Notes under the pieces: model-generated
What the model saw: only the letters and a program-made list of their open reading frames with translations
Told to the model about the DNA's origin: nothing
Database searches by the model: none
Assembly: GCA_947366895.1 (NCBI GenBank)
Contig: CANBBP010000003.1
Span: forward strand, 40,544-104,543
Direction: 5' to 3'
DNA from: an uncultured Clostridia bacterium
GTDB taxonomy: Bacteria > Bacillota > Clostridia > Christensenellales > UBA1242
DNA: 64,000 nt
Part shown: piece after piece, positions 12,747-22,678 of the stretch
Position numbering within the stretch: the first letter of the stretch is position 1
Layout: each line of letters begins with the position of its first letter
Made by a program: the position numbers and the translations under genes

Positions 12747-12762
12747 TGTTCCACGTGGAACA
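12747..12762. other. parS centromere site 4
   Basis: TGTTCCACGTGGAACA, palindrome extends 12742-12767. Confidence 0.95.
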
Positions 12763-12868
12763 TTTTTATAAAATCTCTATTTAAATAAGGCTCATATATG
12801 TGTTTTATTATTTTAATTAGAATTAATAATATAATCACCTTAATTTATATTTACTAAACTTAAACTTA

Positions 12869-13846
12869 TTATTTTCTTTCTAAGGAAGCTATAAAGTTAG
12901 ATATTCTATCTAAATCATCAATATTAAAGTAGTCAATAGTAATTTTTCCTTTATTATCATCACCTTTAATAATAACTTTAGTTTTAAATAATCTTGCTAT
13001 TCTATGTCCTAGTTCCTTAAGTTCTATACTTTGTATTATTTTTTCTTTTGATTGGGTAGAGTTACCAGGTTTAACATCTTTATAATTTTTAATATAATTT
13101 TCTAAATCTCTAACAGAAAACTTATTTTCAACAGCAATGTTAGCGAGTTCTACTTGTTTTTGTCTATCCTCTAGTGCTACTAAACATTTACCATGGCCTG
13201 CAGAAAGTTTTCCAGTTTCTATTAAAGAAATAACTTCAGGAGCAAGCGATAATAATCTTAAAGTATTGGCAACTAGTGGACGACTTTTACCAATTCTATC
13301 CGCAACTGTTTCTTGTGTAAAATCGTATTCAAGCATAAGTTCTTTTATAGCTTTTGCCGCTTCGATAGGGTTTAAATCTTCCCTTTGTAAGTTTTCTATT
13401 AAAGCAACTTCTTTTACTTGTTTTGCTGAATAGGTTCTTATTACAGCAGGGATTGTTGTTTGTCCAGCGACTAAAGAAGCTCTATATCTTCTTTCACCAG
13501 CAATAATGGTATAGCGACCATTATTTTCATCATTTAAAATAATAGGTTGAATGACCCCATGTTGTTTTATTGACTCTGCAAGTTCTTTTAAAGACTCAGC
13601 ATCAAATGTTTTTCTAGGCTGATTTTTGTTTGGGTCTATTTGTTTAAGATTAACCTCAACAACACCATTCAAAGAGGTTGCTACGTTACTAGTAGTAGCT
13701 TCTTTTTTTATTTCTACATTAATTTCCTTATCAACTTCTTGTGTAGAGTTTTGTGTAGAACCAATTGTTTCATTATTTTCGTTATTAGTATCTTCTTCAT
13801 AAATAGAGAACAAAGCCTCTAATCCTTTTCCTAAACCTTTTTTCAT
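12869..13846 (-). CDS. parB: Chromosome partitioning CTPase ParB/Spo0J
   Basis: KGLGKGL-AL ParA-activating peptide, NQPRK-F, IIAGERRYRA, ENLQREDL, HTH with RPLVANTLRLL. Confidence 0.97.
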   Translation of the reverse strand: MKKGLGKGLEALFSIYEEDTNNENNETIGSTQNSTQEVDKEINVEIKKEATTSNVATSLNGVVEVNLKQIDPNKNQPRKTFDAESLKELAESIKQHGVIQPIILNDENNGRYTIIAGERRYRASLVAGQTTIPAVIRTYSAKQVKEVALIENLQREDLNPIEAAKAIKELMLEYDFTQETVADRIGKSRPLVANTLRLLSLAPEVISLIETGKLSAGHGKCLVALEDRQKQVELANIAVENKFSVRDLENYIKNYKDVKPGNSTQSKEKIIQSIELKELGHRIARLFKTKVIIKGDDNKGKITIDYFNIDDLDRISNFIASLERK

Positions 13847-13862
13847 TTTTCACCTTAATCAA

Positions 13863-13891
13863 ATTATATTATTCATTTTCTTTTACTGCAA
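13863..13891 (-). promoter_or_regulatory. SigA-type promoter for parB
   Basis: TTGCAG-17 bp-TATAAT ending 16 bp upstream of the parB ATG. Confidence 0.6.
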
Positions 13892-13921
13892 AAAAGGTAA
13901 ACTACAATTTTTATATAAACA

Positions 13922-13977
13922 GCAAAAGATAAACTAATGCTTAAGGCAAGAAGCCCTTAGCATCTTATCTAAGAACA
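13922..13977 (-). ncRNA. Candidate ~55-nt small RNA or attenuator between parA and parB
   Basis: Promoter TTGCAA-17-TGtTATAAT (14011..13983) followed by hairpin GATAAGATGCTAAGGGC-ttctt-GCCTTAAGCATTAGTTTATC and TTTT. Confidence 0.35.
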
Positions 13978-14031
13978 TAATTATTATAACATGACAAATA
14001 AAATATTGCAAACAGATTTATTTTAAGTTTA

Positions 14032-14832
14032 TTATTTTTTTAAAAATTTAGTTATTTTTTTATAACTATCGTTATTTCTTTTTAAAAACTCTTCGGCAAG
14101 TTCGTAGTAGGCAAGTCCACCTCTACTTTTTGCTTCATACATGATAATAGGTTGTCCATGACTTGGAGCTTCTGCTAATCTTACACTTCTAGGAATTGCT
14201 GTCTTATAAACCTTTGTACCAAAAAATCTTTGAATCTCTTGCGAAACTTGAACCACTAAATTTGAACGATTATCCTTCATAGTTAAAATAACACCTTCAA
14301 CATCAAGGTCATAGTTTAAATGTTTTTTAACTAACTTTACGGTGTTCATAAGTTGGCTAAGGCCTTCTAAAGCGAAGAACTCGCATTGAATAGGAATTGC
14401 AACCGCATCTGAAGCTGTTAAAGCATTTACAGTAAGCAAGCCTAGTGAAGGAGGGCAGTCTATCATAATATAGTCATATTGTGCTTTTACTTTATTTAAA
14501 AGGTTTTTAACAATATGTTCTCGGTTGTTCATGTGAACAAGTTCAATTTCAGCCCCAGCTAAATCAACCGTAGCAGGAATAATATCTAAATCCTGAATGG
14601 CAGTTTTTTTAATAACATCAGCAATTTCTACACTTTCATCTATCGCATCATAAAGGGTAACTGTTTCTTGTTTTTTCTCCACACCTAAACCACTTGTTGC
14701 ATTACCCTGAGGGTCCATATCCACAACAAGAACCTTTTTACCCATAACTGCAACATACGCAGCCAAATTTATACAAGTAGTGGTTTTACCAACTCCACCT
14801 TTTTGATTAGCAAACGATACAATTTTTCCCAT
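14032..14832 (-). CDS. soj: Chromosome partitioning ATPase ParA/Soj
   Basis: Deviant Walker A NQKGGVGKTTT, D-DPQGNAT, IDCPPSLG, EAPSHG. Confidence 0.97.
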   Translation of the reverse strand: MGKIVSFANQKGGVGKTTTCINLAAYVAVMGKKVLVVDMDPQGNATSGLGVEKKQETVTLYDAIDESVEIADVIKKTAIQDLDIIPATVDLAGAEIELVHMNNREHIVKNLLNKVKAQYDYIMIDCPPSLGLLTVNALTASDAVAIPIQCEFFALEGLSQLMNTVKLVKKHLNYDLDVEGVILTMKDNRSNLVVQVSQEIQRFFGTKVYKTAIPRSVRLAEAPSHGQPIIMYEAKSRGGLAYYELAEEFLKRNNDSYKKITKFLKK

Positions 14833-14914
14833 AAGTCACCTTTATAGAATAATTATAACAAATTTTTTAAAAAATACTAATTATTTTTTATACTTTTTAT
14901 TTTTAGTTCTTACA

Positions 14915-15628
14915 CTATTTAAGTGGGGAAGTTCTAGGCTTATTATTTCCACGAGGAAACTTTGCATTAGTTAGAGATGTTTTCTTTATTTCAACCACCT
15001 TTCGACAATAATCCAAAACGGTGAAATCGATAATCTTAGACACACTACCTCCTAACAATTTTATTGCATTTTGCGATTCTTTTACTTCTTCTTCCGTTTC
15101 CTTTGATTTATAAGCAAGCATTGTGCCACCTACTTTAACAAAGGGTAAACAATACTCACACAAAGTATTTATTCTAGCAACAGCTCTAGAAACACAATAA
15201 TCATATTTTTCTCTATGCATAATGTTTTTTGCTAAATCTTCAGCACGAGAATGAATAGTTGTTACTTTGCTTAAATTAAGTTTATCTACTAAATTATTTA
15301 TAAACATAATTTTTTTATTAACACTATCTACTAAAGTAAGTTCTAAGTCTGGTCTTAAAATTTTAAGGGGTATACTAGGAAAGCCTGCCCCACAGCCGAT
15401 ATCTATTACCTTTGCATTATCACTTAGCAGTTTATAGCAAACACAACTATCGTAAAAATGTTTTACAATAACATCATCAAACTGAGTGATTGCTGTTAAA
15501 TTAATCTTTTCGTTCCATTCAATTAATGTAAGAAAATAATCTTCAAATTGCTTACATTGAATATCACTTAAATATATGTTATTTCCTTCAAAATAACTTT
15601 TTATTTTACTAAGCCTATCGTTCTCCAT
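14915..15628 (-). CDS. rsmG: 16S rRNA m7G527 methyltransferase
   Basis: WNEKINLTAI, KHFYDS, DIGCGAGFP, SRAVA; conserved gene context. Confidence 0.96.
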   Translation of the reverse strand: MENDRLSKIKSYFEGNNIYLSDIQCKQFEDYFLTLIEWNEKINLTAITQFDDVIVKHFYDSCVCYKLLSDNAKVIDIGCGAGFPSIPLKILRPDLELTLVDSVNKKIMFINNLVDKLNLSKVTTIHSRAEDLAKNIMHREKYDYCVSRAVARINTLCEYCLPFVKVGGTMLAYKSKETEEEVKESQNAIKLLGGSVSKIIDFTVLDYCRKVVEIKKTSLTNAKFPRGNNKPRTSPLK

Positions 15629-17488
15629 TTATTTATCCTTTTTTAAAGACAAAAATACTGTTAAAACTGAAATATCAGCAGGGGATACTCCGCTTATTCT
15701 GCTAGCTTGACCTAAAGATAAAGGTTTAAATTTGTTTAATTTTTGTTGAGCTTCTAGCCTTAATCCTTTAATTTGAGTATAGTCAAAATCAGCAGAAAGT
15801 TTAATATCTTCATTCCTTTTTGCTTGTTCAATTAAAAATTCTTGTCTTTTTAAATAGCCTTCATATTTCACTTCAGTCTCTACATATTTTAAAACTTGTT
15901 TAGAATAACCACCAAATAAATTAAGTTCCTTACATAGCAGGTCTATAGTAATATTGCTTCTTTTTAACATTTCTCTTATTACGCAAGCATTACCCGAAAA
16001 ACTCTCGTTGTGGCTTTCTAAAAAGGATTTAGCAATTTTACTATCAATTTTTTTATCTATTTCTTTATTTAATTTTTCTATGCTTTTTAATTTCTTAGAA
16101 AAAATTTTATATCTATCATCAGATACTAATCCTATTTTTCTTCCAATAGGGGTTAATCTAATATCTGCGTTATCTTGTCTTAATTTTAAACGATATTCTG
16201 CACGACTTGTCATCATTCTATAAGGTTCATTAGTTCCCTTAGTAACTAAATCATCAATTAAAACACCTATATAGGCTTCGTCTCTTCTTAAAATTAAAGG
16301 TTCTTTATTATTTAAATAATTGCTTGCATTTATTCCTGCAATTATCCCCTGGGCTCCTGCTTCTTCATAGCCACTTGTACCATTAATTTGACCTGCAAAG
16401 AAAAGCCCCTTAATATGCTTTGCTTCAAGAGTAGGAAGCAATGCTAAAGAATTGATGCAATCATATTCAATTGCATAAGCATTCCTTAAAATTTGAACAT
16501 TTTCAAAGCCTTCAACACTTTTATACATTTGCTCTTGAACATCAACAGGCATTGAAGAACTAAAACCTTGTACATAAATTTCGTTACAAAATTTATCCTC
16601 TGGTTCTAAAAATATTTGATGTCTTGCTTTATCAGAAAATCTAACAACCTTGTCTTCCATAGAAGGGCAATATCTAGGGCCCACCCCCTTTATTGCACCT
16701 GAAAACATAGGGGCACGTGATAAGTTGTTTCTGATAATTTCGTGCGTTTTTTCATTAGTATAACCTAAGTAACAAACACAAGCATTTTTGGGCTGTTTTT
16801 TTGTAAGGTAAGAAAAAGTTTGAATACCTTCATCTCCCTCTTGAACTTCAAATTTATTATAGTTTATAGATGAACTTAGCACTCTTGCGGGTGTTCCAGT
16901 TTTAAAACGCAAAATTTCAAACCCTAAATTTTTTAAACTTTCGCTTAAACCCACTGCATTAACAAAACCATTTGGACCAGAACTTTTAGTATATTCTCCT
17001 ATAATTATTCTACTATCTAAATACACACCTGTACATACAACAATACTTCTACAGTTTATTACTTCACCAAAATTGGTTTTAACTCCGGTAACTTTTCCGT
17101 CTTTTGTTATAATGTCTACAACTTCACATTGTTTAATAAATAAATTTTTTTGATTTTCTAAAGTTTCCTTCATTGTAGCATGATAAGCATGCTTATCAAC
17201 TTGGGCCCTTAAACTATGTACAGCAACTCCTTTGCCCATATTTAACATTCTTAATTGAAGAATATTTTTATCGGCATTTATGCCCATTTCTCCGCCAAGT
17301 GCATCTATTTCACTTGCTAATTGACCTTTAGCAGTTCCGCCAATAGAAGGATTGCAGGCCAAAAAAGCAATACTATCTAAATTTAGTGTTGTTAATAAAG
17401 TTTTATTATTTAGTCTTGATAGGGCTAGAGCAGCCTCACAACCTGCATGACCGCTGCCTATAACCACTGCATCATAAAAACCATCCAT
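15629..17488 (-). CDS. mnmG: tRNA U34 carboxymethylaminomethyl modification enzyme
   Basis: GSGHAGCEAA, CNPSIGG, RFKTGTP, GPRYCPS, AGQINGTSGYEEA. Confidence 0.98.
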   Translation of the reverse strand: MDGFYDAVVIGSGHAGCEAALALSRLNNKTLLTTLNLDSIAFLACNPSIGGTAKGQLASEIDALGGEMGINADKNILQLRMLNMGKGVAVHSLRAQVDKHAYHATMKETLENQKNLFIKQCEVVDIITKDGKVTGVKTNFGEVINCRSIVVCTGVYLDSRIIIGEYTKSSGPNGFVNAVGLSESLKNLGFEILRFKTGTPARVLSSSINYNKFEVQEGDEGIQTFSYLTKKQPKNACVCYLGYTNEKTHEIIRNNLSRAPMFSGAIKGVGPRYCPSMEDKVVRFSDKARHQIFLEPEDKFCNEIYVQGFSSSMPVDVQEQMYKSVEGFENVQILRNAYAIEYDCINSLALLPTLEAKHIKGLFFAGQINGTSGYEEAGAQGIIAGINASNYLNNKEPLILRRDEAYIGVLIDDLVTKGTNEPYRMMTSRAEYRLKLRQDNADIRLTPIGRKIGLVSDDRYKIFSKKLKSIEKLNKEIDKKIDSKIAKSFLESHNESFSGNACVIREMLKRSNITIDLLCKELNLFGGYSKQVLKYVETEVKYEGYLKRQEFLIEQAKRNEDIKLSADFDYTQIKGLRLEAQQKLNKFKPLSLGQASRISGVSPADISVLTVFLSLKKDK

Positions 17489-17594
17489 TTTAGTGTTTTT
17501 TCCTTTTAGACATTTGCTTATGATTATTATTTTTTATTGTTTTTTTTACTATAAAAAATAAACTTAAAAAGTGCTAGATTGCAGTTAATTCCTA

Positions 17595-18122
17595 TTAAAA
17601 ATTAAGTTTCATGATTCCACAATTATCTATATCAGAAATAATTAATTTGTCTTTTTTTATATCTTTTCCAGCTAGACAAAATTGAATATATTTTAATACT
17701 CCATGATGAGAAACTATTAATATTTTTTTAGATTTATATAGTTCAATATCTTTTAAAAAGCTTGAAACTCTATTAAAAACTTCTTCTTCGGTTTCTCCAC
17801 CATATTTTTTTGGGTCATTAAAGAAATCGGCATAAACTTCTTTAGAATTTTTACCACCTTGTAAAATACCTTTAGAAACTTCCATAAGTCTTTCATCAAA
17901 CTTTGGTTGTAAATCTTTATGGAAAGATAAAATAGCTTGAGTGGTTTGTTTACATCTAATTAGTGGAGAAGAAAAAACATAATCAAACTTATAATTTTTT
18001 AATTTATTTGCTAAAGCCTCTACTTGAAGTAATCCCATTTGATTTAAAGATACATCTAATTGACCTTGAGTTATTTTAAACAAGTTAAAATCCGTTTCAC
18101 CATGTCTTACAAAATAAATCAT
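17595..18122 (-). CDS. Histidine phosphatase (phosphoglycerate mutase superfamily)
   Basis: VRHGET, SSPLIRC-QT, LIVSHH motifs; inserted between mnmE and mnmG. Confidence 0.9.
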   Translation of the reverse strand: MIYFVRHGETDFNLFKITQGQLDVSLNQMGLLQVEALANKLKNYKFDYVFSSPLIRCKQTTQAILSFHKDLQPKFDERLMEVSKGILQGGKNSKEVYADFFNDPKKYGGETEEEVFNRVSSFLKDIELYKSKKILIVSHHGVLKYIQFCLAGKDIKKDKLIISDIDNCGIMKLNF

Positions 18123-18209
18123 AATATTTTTCCTTTTTTACTTTGCTAGAATTAGTTTAATTTAAAAACCTTTTTTTCTATTTTATAATTTATATTTAAT
18201 AATTTATTT

Positions 18210-19541
18210 TTACTTACCTAAACAAAACTTTGAAAATATTTTATCTATAATACTTTCATTTGCAGTATTTCCAGTAATTTCTCCCAATTTTTCCCAAACT
18301 GTTTTAATATCTAGCGATACACAATCAAGAGGCACATCAAAGATAGTGTTTTGTAAATTATTTAATAATTCTTTTACCTCTTTTAATATTTCTATATGTC
18401 TTGAATTAGTTAAAATAATTTGATTTGCTATATTTTGAGTACCAAATGATAAATTATAAATTTTTTCTTTTAGTTCTTCCGTAAAAAGATTTTGCTTTGC
18501 ACTAATTTTAACGCAATCGCCATTAAAATTAATTTTACTAGGCAAGTCACATTTATTTAAAACTACAATAGATTTTTTGTTTTTTATTAATTCTAAATTT
18601 TCTTTATCTTGGTTATTTAATTCTTTAGAACTATCCAAAACAAGTAAGACAATATCGCTACTTTGCAGTAATTCTCTAGCTTTTAATATTCCTATGTTTT
18701 CTATTTCATCCTTTGTTTGTCTTATGCCTGCGGTATCAAAAAAGTTAAAAATAAAGCCTTTATACTCTATGCTACCAGTTACTATATCTCTTGTTGTTCC
18801 TTCAATATCAGTAACAATAGCCTGTTCATAATTTAATAGTGCATTTAATAAACTGCTTTTACCAACATTTGTTTTTCCTACAATGGCAATATTAATTCCA
18901 TTTTTTATTTTTAAGCCTGTACTGGAAGTTATTAAAAGATTTTCTACATCAATAAGTATTTTATTTAATTTAGTTAAAATGTTCTCTTTTGTTTCATATT
19001 CAATATCATGCTCAGGATAATCTAAATTAACTTCAACTTCGCTTAAAACATCCGTTAATGATTCTTGCATTTTATTAACCTCTTTAAATAAATTACCTTT
19101 GGTTAGGTTACTACTTGCTTTTAACTGATTTTCTGTTTCTGCGTTAATGGTATCTATTACTCCTTCTGCTTGATCAAGCGACATTTTACCATTTAAAAAT
19201 GCTCTTTTAGAAAACTCTCCAGCTAAAGCTCTTCTTGCTCCTTTTTCAACGCATTTATTAATTATTTTCTCAGCTACAAGCATTCCACCATGACATTGAA
19301 ATTCTATAACATCTTCACCTGTATAGGAATGAGGAGCTTTAAAATAAACGCAAAAACCTAAGTCCGATAGTTCTTGACCAATATCAATTTTTCCTAAGTA
19401 CATATAATTAGGTTTAGAAACAAAATTTTTGCACAAAAAAACTTGTTTAGCAATTTCTAAACTTTTTTCTCCACTCATTCTTATTACACCAACACCGCTT
19501 TTACCTATAGGTGTGGCTTGTGCAATTATTGTATCTAACAT
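18210..19541 (-). CDS. mnmE: tRNA modification GTPase
   Basis: SYTGEDV-E-CHGG, GKTNVGKSS, GTTRD, DTAGIR, NKCD, C-terminal FSKFCLGK. Confidence 0.98.
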   Translation of the reverse strand: MLDTIIAQATPIGKSGVGVIRMSGEKSLEIAKQVFLCKNFVSKPNYMYLGKIDIGQELSDLGFCVYFKAPHSYTGEDVIEFQCHGGMLVAEKIINKCVEKGARRALAGEFSKRAFLNGKMSLDQAEGVIDTINAETENQLKASSNLTKGNLFKEVNKMQESLTDVLSEVEVNLDYPEHDIEYETKENILTKLNKILIDVENLLITSSTGLKIKNGINIAIVGKTNVGKSSLLNALLNYEQAIVTDIEGTTRDIVTGSIEYKGFIFNFFDTAGIRQTKDEIENIGILKARELLQSSDIVLLVLDSSKELNNQDKENLELIKNKKSIVVLNKCDLPSKINFNGDCVKISAKQNLFTEELKEKIYNLSFGTQNIANQIILTNSRHIEILKEVKELLNNLQNTIFDVPLDCVSLDIKTVWEKLGEITGNTANESIIDKIFSKFCLGK

Positions 19542-19732
19542 AACAATTTATTATAGCATGATAATAAAAATTTTTCACTATATTTTTAATAATTTTTTTT
19601 AAATTTTTTTAATAAAAATTTTTCTACTTTTCGCTATTTAAAAGAAGAATAGATAATTTAACAAATTATTTTTTTTGGAAAATAAAATAAAAAAAACTAA
19701 TTATACTTTAAGCATAATTAGTTTCAAATTTT

Positions 19733-20527
19733 TTAATCTTTTATAGGGATTATAACTAAATATCTATTTGGTTCTTCGCCTTCACTTTTTGTTGTTACAC
19801 CTTCAAAACTTTGTAGAGCAGAATGAATTATTTTTCTTTCATAAGCATTCATTCTTTCAAGTTTTATAGGTTTATTTATTTTAAGTGCCTTGCTTGCCAT
19901 TCTTTCAGCAAGTGAGACAAGAGATACCTCTCGCCTGTTCTTATAATTTTCTACATCAAAATAAAATCTTGTATCTCTATATCCTTTATTTTTAAGAACA
20001 TTGCTTAAAATATCTTGAATAGCATTTAAAGTTTCGCCCCTTTTTCCAATAAGAGTGCTTACTTTTTCACCAGAAGCATTAAAAGTTATCCCGCTTTCTA
20101 GTTCTACAGCACTTATTTCTGCTTCTACATTCATTTTATTAAATAATTCTTTTAAAAAGTTTGTTCCAAATTCAATAGCATTATTGCCAGTAATTATAGA
20201 AGTATCTTCTTTATTTTCTTTTTTTGTTTTAGAAACTTCTTTTTGTACTTGTTGTTTTTCTTCCTTAACCTTTTTTTCTATTGTTTTGGTTGGTCGTTTA
20301 ACTTCCTCTATCTTTTCTTCTTTTTCTTGCTTTGCTTCAAGTTCTTTTTGTCTTGTTTCCTCAACTTCTTTATCAAGAGTAAGTTCCACAGTGGCTTTTT
20401 TAAATAAACCACCTTCATCTATAATTTTTATATCAACTTCATCTTGCGTTGCATCTAGTTCTTTAAGCCCTTCCTCTATGGCTTTTTGAATACTTTTAGC
20501 CGATACTCTAATTTTTTTCATTTTCAT
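19733..20527 (-). CDS. jag: Jag/EloR/KhpB RNA-binding protein
   Basis: Jag_N, KH motif LIGKRGETLNAIQ, R3H ERKIIH, SEGEEP-R. Confidence 0.95.
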   Translation of the reverse strand: MKMKKIRVSAKSIQKAIEEGLKELDATQDEVDIKIIDEGGLFKKATVELTLDKEVEETRQKELEAKQEKEEKIEEVKRPTKTIEKKVKEEKQQVQKEVSKTKKENKEDTSIITGNNAIEFGTNFLKELFNKMNVEAEISAVELESGITFNASGEKVSTLIGKRGETLNAIQDILSNVLKNKGYRDTRFYFDVENYKNRREVSLVSLAERMASKALKINKPIKLERMNAYERKIIHSALQSFEGVTTKSEGEEPNRYLVIIPIKD

Positions 20528-20560
20528 TCCCTTTTATAAAAAGTTTATAGCAAACTTTCT

Positions 20561-21739
20561 TTATCTTCTATAGTCAACCTTTATTTCTTCTTTGTGCTTT
20601 TTTTCCTGAACATCTTCTATTTTATTACAAATTACTGTAGTAAGTGGGGTAATAAGGGTAGTCATAAGAGAGTTTGTAATAATATAAATAGCAAAAATAG
20701 CACTTGATGAAATAGTAAATAAAAGCATAGTTATAGGCATAATAAACATCATAATTTTTGTAAAACCTGGTTGTTGAACTTTTAAAGTTTCTCCAGTTTT
20801 AGCTTTTGGGCGAGAAACCCATCTAATCACAAGTTGAGACAATAAACTAACTAAAACAACTATGATAGATAAAATATAATAGCCATTAGTTTGGTTTAAT
20901 TCCTTATTATTTAATAATTCCCCCATAACAAGATTATATTCGGCTTCAGAAACCCCTTCTTCGCCCGTAGAAACTTTAAAATCGTTATAACTTGCTATTT
21001 CACTAACAGTAGCCTTATCTGGTCGCCAAATACTTCTAATCCAAAGCCAACTATCTTTTATTTCTGAATAATGTTGAGCTACTAGTTTTTGGGCTTCTTC
21101 TTGACGAAGAGTTCTATCTTTTACAACAGTTTCCTGAGCAAGAGCTCTTTTTTCTTCCTCAGTTCCTGTTGTTAAGCCTGCAAAAATTTCATCTTCTTTT
21201 GCTTTTTCAGTTTCTTCTAACAATTTATTTTTTTCTTCAACAGTGGGTAAAGAGTTATATTCTTCTAGAATTCCTAAATCTGTACCTAAATAGTTTGTTT
21301 CATAGCTATTGTAATAAACCTGCTGTAATTCAAGATATTGATTTTTAATCTTAAAACCTGCTATTGATTGTAAAGATGACCACAAAGTTAAAAACACGGT
21401 TAATGTAACAGCCATATAAACTATCATAACAATGCAGGAACCTGACATTTTTACATTATTTTTTTTATATAACTCGTTTTGTTTTTGATAAAGTAGGGTT
21501 TGATTTTGCCCATATCTTTTTTTGAGTTTTTCAAGCTCTGGTTGTAGTTTTGCTTGAGCCCTTGTTTGCTTATTGGTAAAGTATCTTTGCATAAAATCAA
21601 CAGGACTTAACACCAATTTTAAAACAATAGTAAACAAAATAATGGTCCATGCATAACTACCAACATCAAAGAGTTTTATAATCGAAGCCCAAAAATTACC
21701 TTCTGGCCAAATAGAACCCAGTAAGTTTATAAAATCCAT
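20561..21739 (-). CDS. yidC: Membrane protein insertase YidC/SpoIIIJ
   Basis: IILFTIVLKLVLSP, LQPELEKLKKRY..Q-ELYKK, WLWI-SIW-PD; conserved context. Confidence 0.9.
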   Translation of the reverse strand: MDFINLLGSIWPEGNFWASIIKLFDVGSYAWTIILFTIVLKLVLSPVDFMQRYFTNKQTRAQAKLQPELEKLKKRYGQNQTLLYQKQNELYKKNNVKMSGSCIVMIVYMAVTLTVFLTLWSSLQSIAGFKIKNQYLELQQVYYNSYETNYLGTDLGILEEYNSLPTVEEKNKLLEETEKAKEDEIFAGLTTGTEEEKRALAQETVVKDRTLRQEEAQKLVAQHYSEIKDSWLWIRSIWRPDKATVSEIASYNDFKVSTGEEGVSEAEYNLVMGELLNNKELNQTNGYYILSIIVVLVSLLSQLVIRWVSRPKAKTGETLKVQQPGFTKIMMFIMPITMLLFTISSSAIFAIYIITNSLMTTLITPLTTVICNKIEDVQEKKHKEEIKVDYRR

Positions 21740-22020
21740 TTTATTTTCCCTTTAATATTTGGTTTAATAGGGTCCCAACCACCTTTTGTAAACGGAACAC
21801 ACCTACATAATCTTTTAACTCCTAAATAAAAACCTTTAAAAAATCCGTATTCTTTAAGAGCTTGCAAAAAATAAGTAGAGCAGGTGGGTGTAAATTTACA
21901 AACATGTGGTAAAAGTGGAGAAATACACCATTTATAAAAATATATAAATGCGTATAAAACCATTTTAAAAGGAAAGAGTATTATTTCTAAAAGGACTTTA
22001 ACAAAATCCCTAATTTTCAT
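21727..22020 (-). CDS. yidD: Membrane protein insertion efficiency factor
   Basis: ISPLLP-VCKFTPTCSTY...RC-PF-GGWDP. Confidence 0.95.
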   Translation of the reverse strand: MKIRDFVKVLLEIILFPFKMVLYAFIYFYKWCISPLLPHVCKFTPTCSTYFLQALKEYGFFKGFYLGVKRLCRCVPFTKGGWDPIKPNIKGKIKWIL

Positions 22021-22360
22021 TATTTAACTTTAATAAACCTGACTTTTTTAGAAGATATAAAAAGTTATTTGTAACTTCGTTTAAACCAAGTTCCTCACTA
22101 CCAGCCCTTGCTACAAAAACATAGTTATTAACTGGTAATAAATTTAAATTCTGCCTAATGGCTTCACTCATTAATCTTTTAATTCTATGCCTAGTAACAC
22201 TATTACCAACTTTGTTGCTAACAGTAAAACCTATTTGAGAAAATGGGTATTTGGTTTTTACAACATACATTGTAAAGAACTTACAAAAAAACGCATTGCC
22301 CTTTTTGTAGATATAATTAAACTCTTTCTTTTTTTTTAATCTATTTTTTTTATCCAACAT
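22010..22360 (-). CDS. rnpA: Ribonuclease P protein component
   Basis: RLKKKKEF, GFTVSNKVGNSVTRHRIKR. Confidence 0.95.
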   Translation of the reverse strand: MLDKKNRLKKKKEFNYIYKKGNAFFCKFFTMYVVKTKYPFSQIGFTVSNKVGNSVTRHRIKRLMSEAIRQNLNLLPVNNYVFVARAGSEELGLNEVTNNFLYLLKKSGLLKLNNEN

Positions 22361-22389
22361 AACAAAACATCTTTTATGTTAAATTTTTC

Positions 22390-22527
22390 TTATGCAGATA
22401 ATTTTTTTCTTCCACGATTTCTGCGTCTTTTTAAAACTTTTCTTCCATTTTTAGTAGCCATTCTTTTTCTAAATCCGTGTACTTTAGACCTACTTCTTTT
22501 GTTTGGTTGATATGTTCCCTTTTCCAT
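22390..22527 (-). CDS. rpmH: 50S ribosomal protein L34 (not in ORF track)
   Basis: Translates as [45 protein letters not shown]; SD AGGAGG. Confidence 0.98.
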   Translation of the reverse strand: MEKGTYQPNKRSRSKVHGFRKRMATKNGRKVLKRRRNRGRKKLSA

Positions 22528-22649
22528 AAAATCCTCCTGTAAAAATTATTAAGTAAATTTTTGTAGTATTAAATTTGCAAGCCTGTCTGAATTTTATGAA
22601 TTTAAGGTCGTTACCACAAGAAAGCTACCAATATTAAACTTGCTTATGC

Positions 22650-22678
22650 AGTTTAAAATATTTTTGCCGACTTGTCAA
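22650..22678 (-). promoter_or_regulatory. SigA promoter of the rpmH operon
   Basis: TTGACA-17 bp-TAAACT. Confidence 0.75.

Noticed and set aside
12214-12762. Four palindromic repeats as a CRISPR array
   Set aside because: Repeats are 16-bp parS consensus next to parB, spacing is irregular (121-215 bp) and no cas genes are present.
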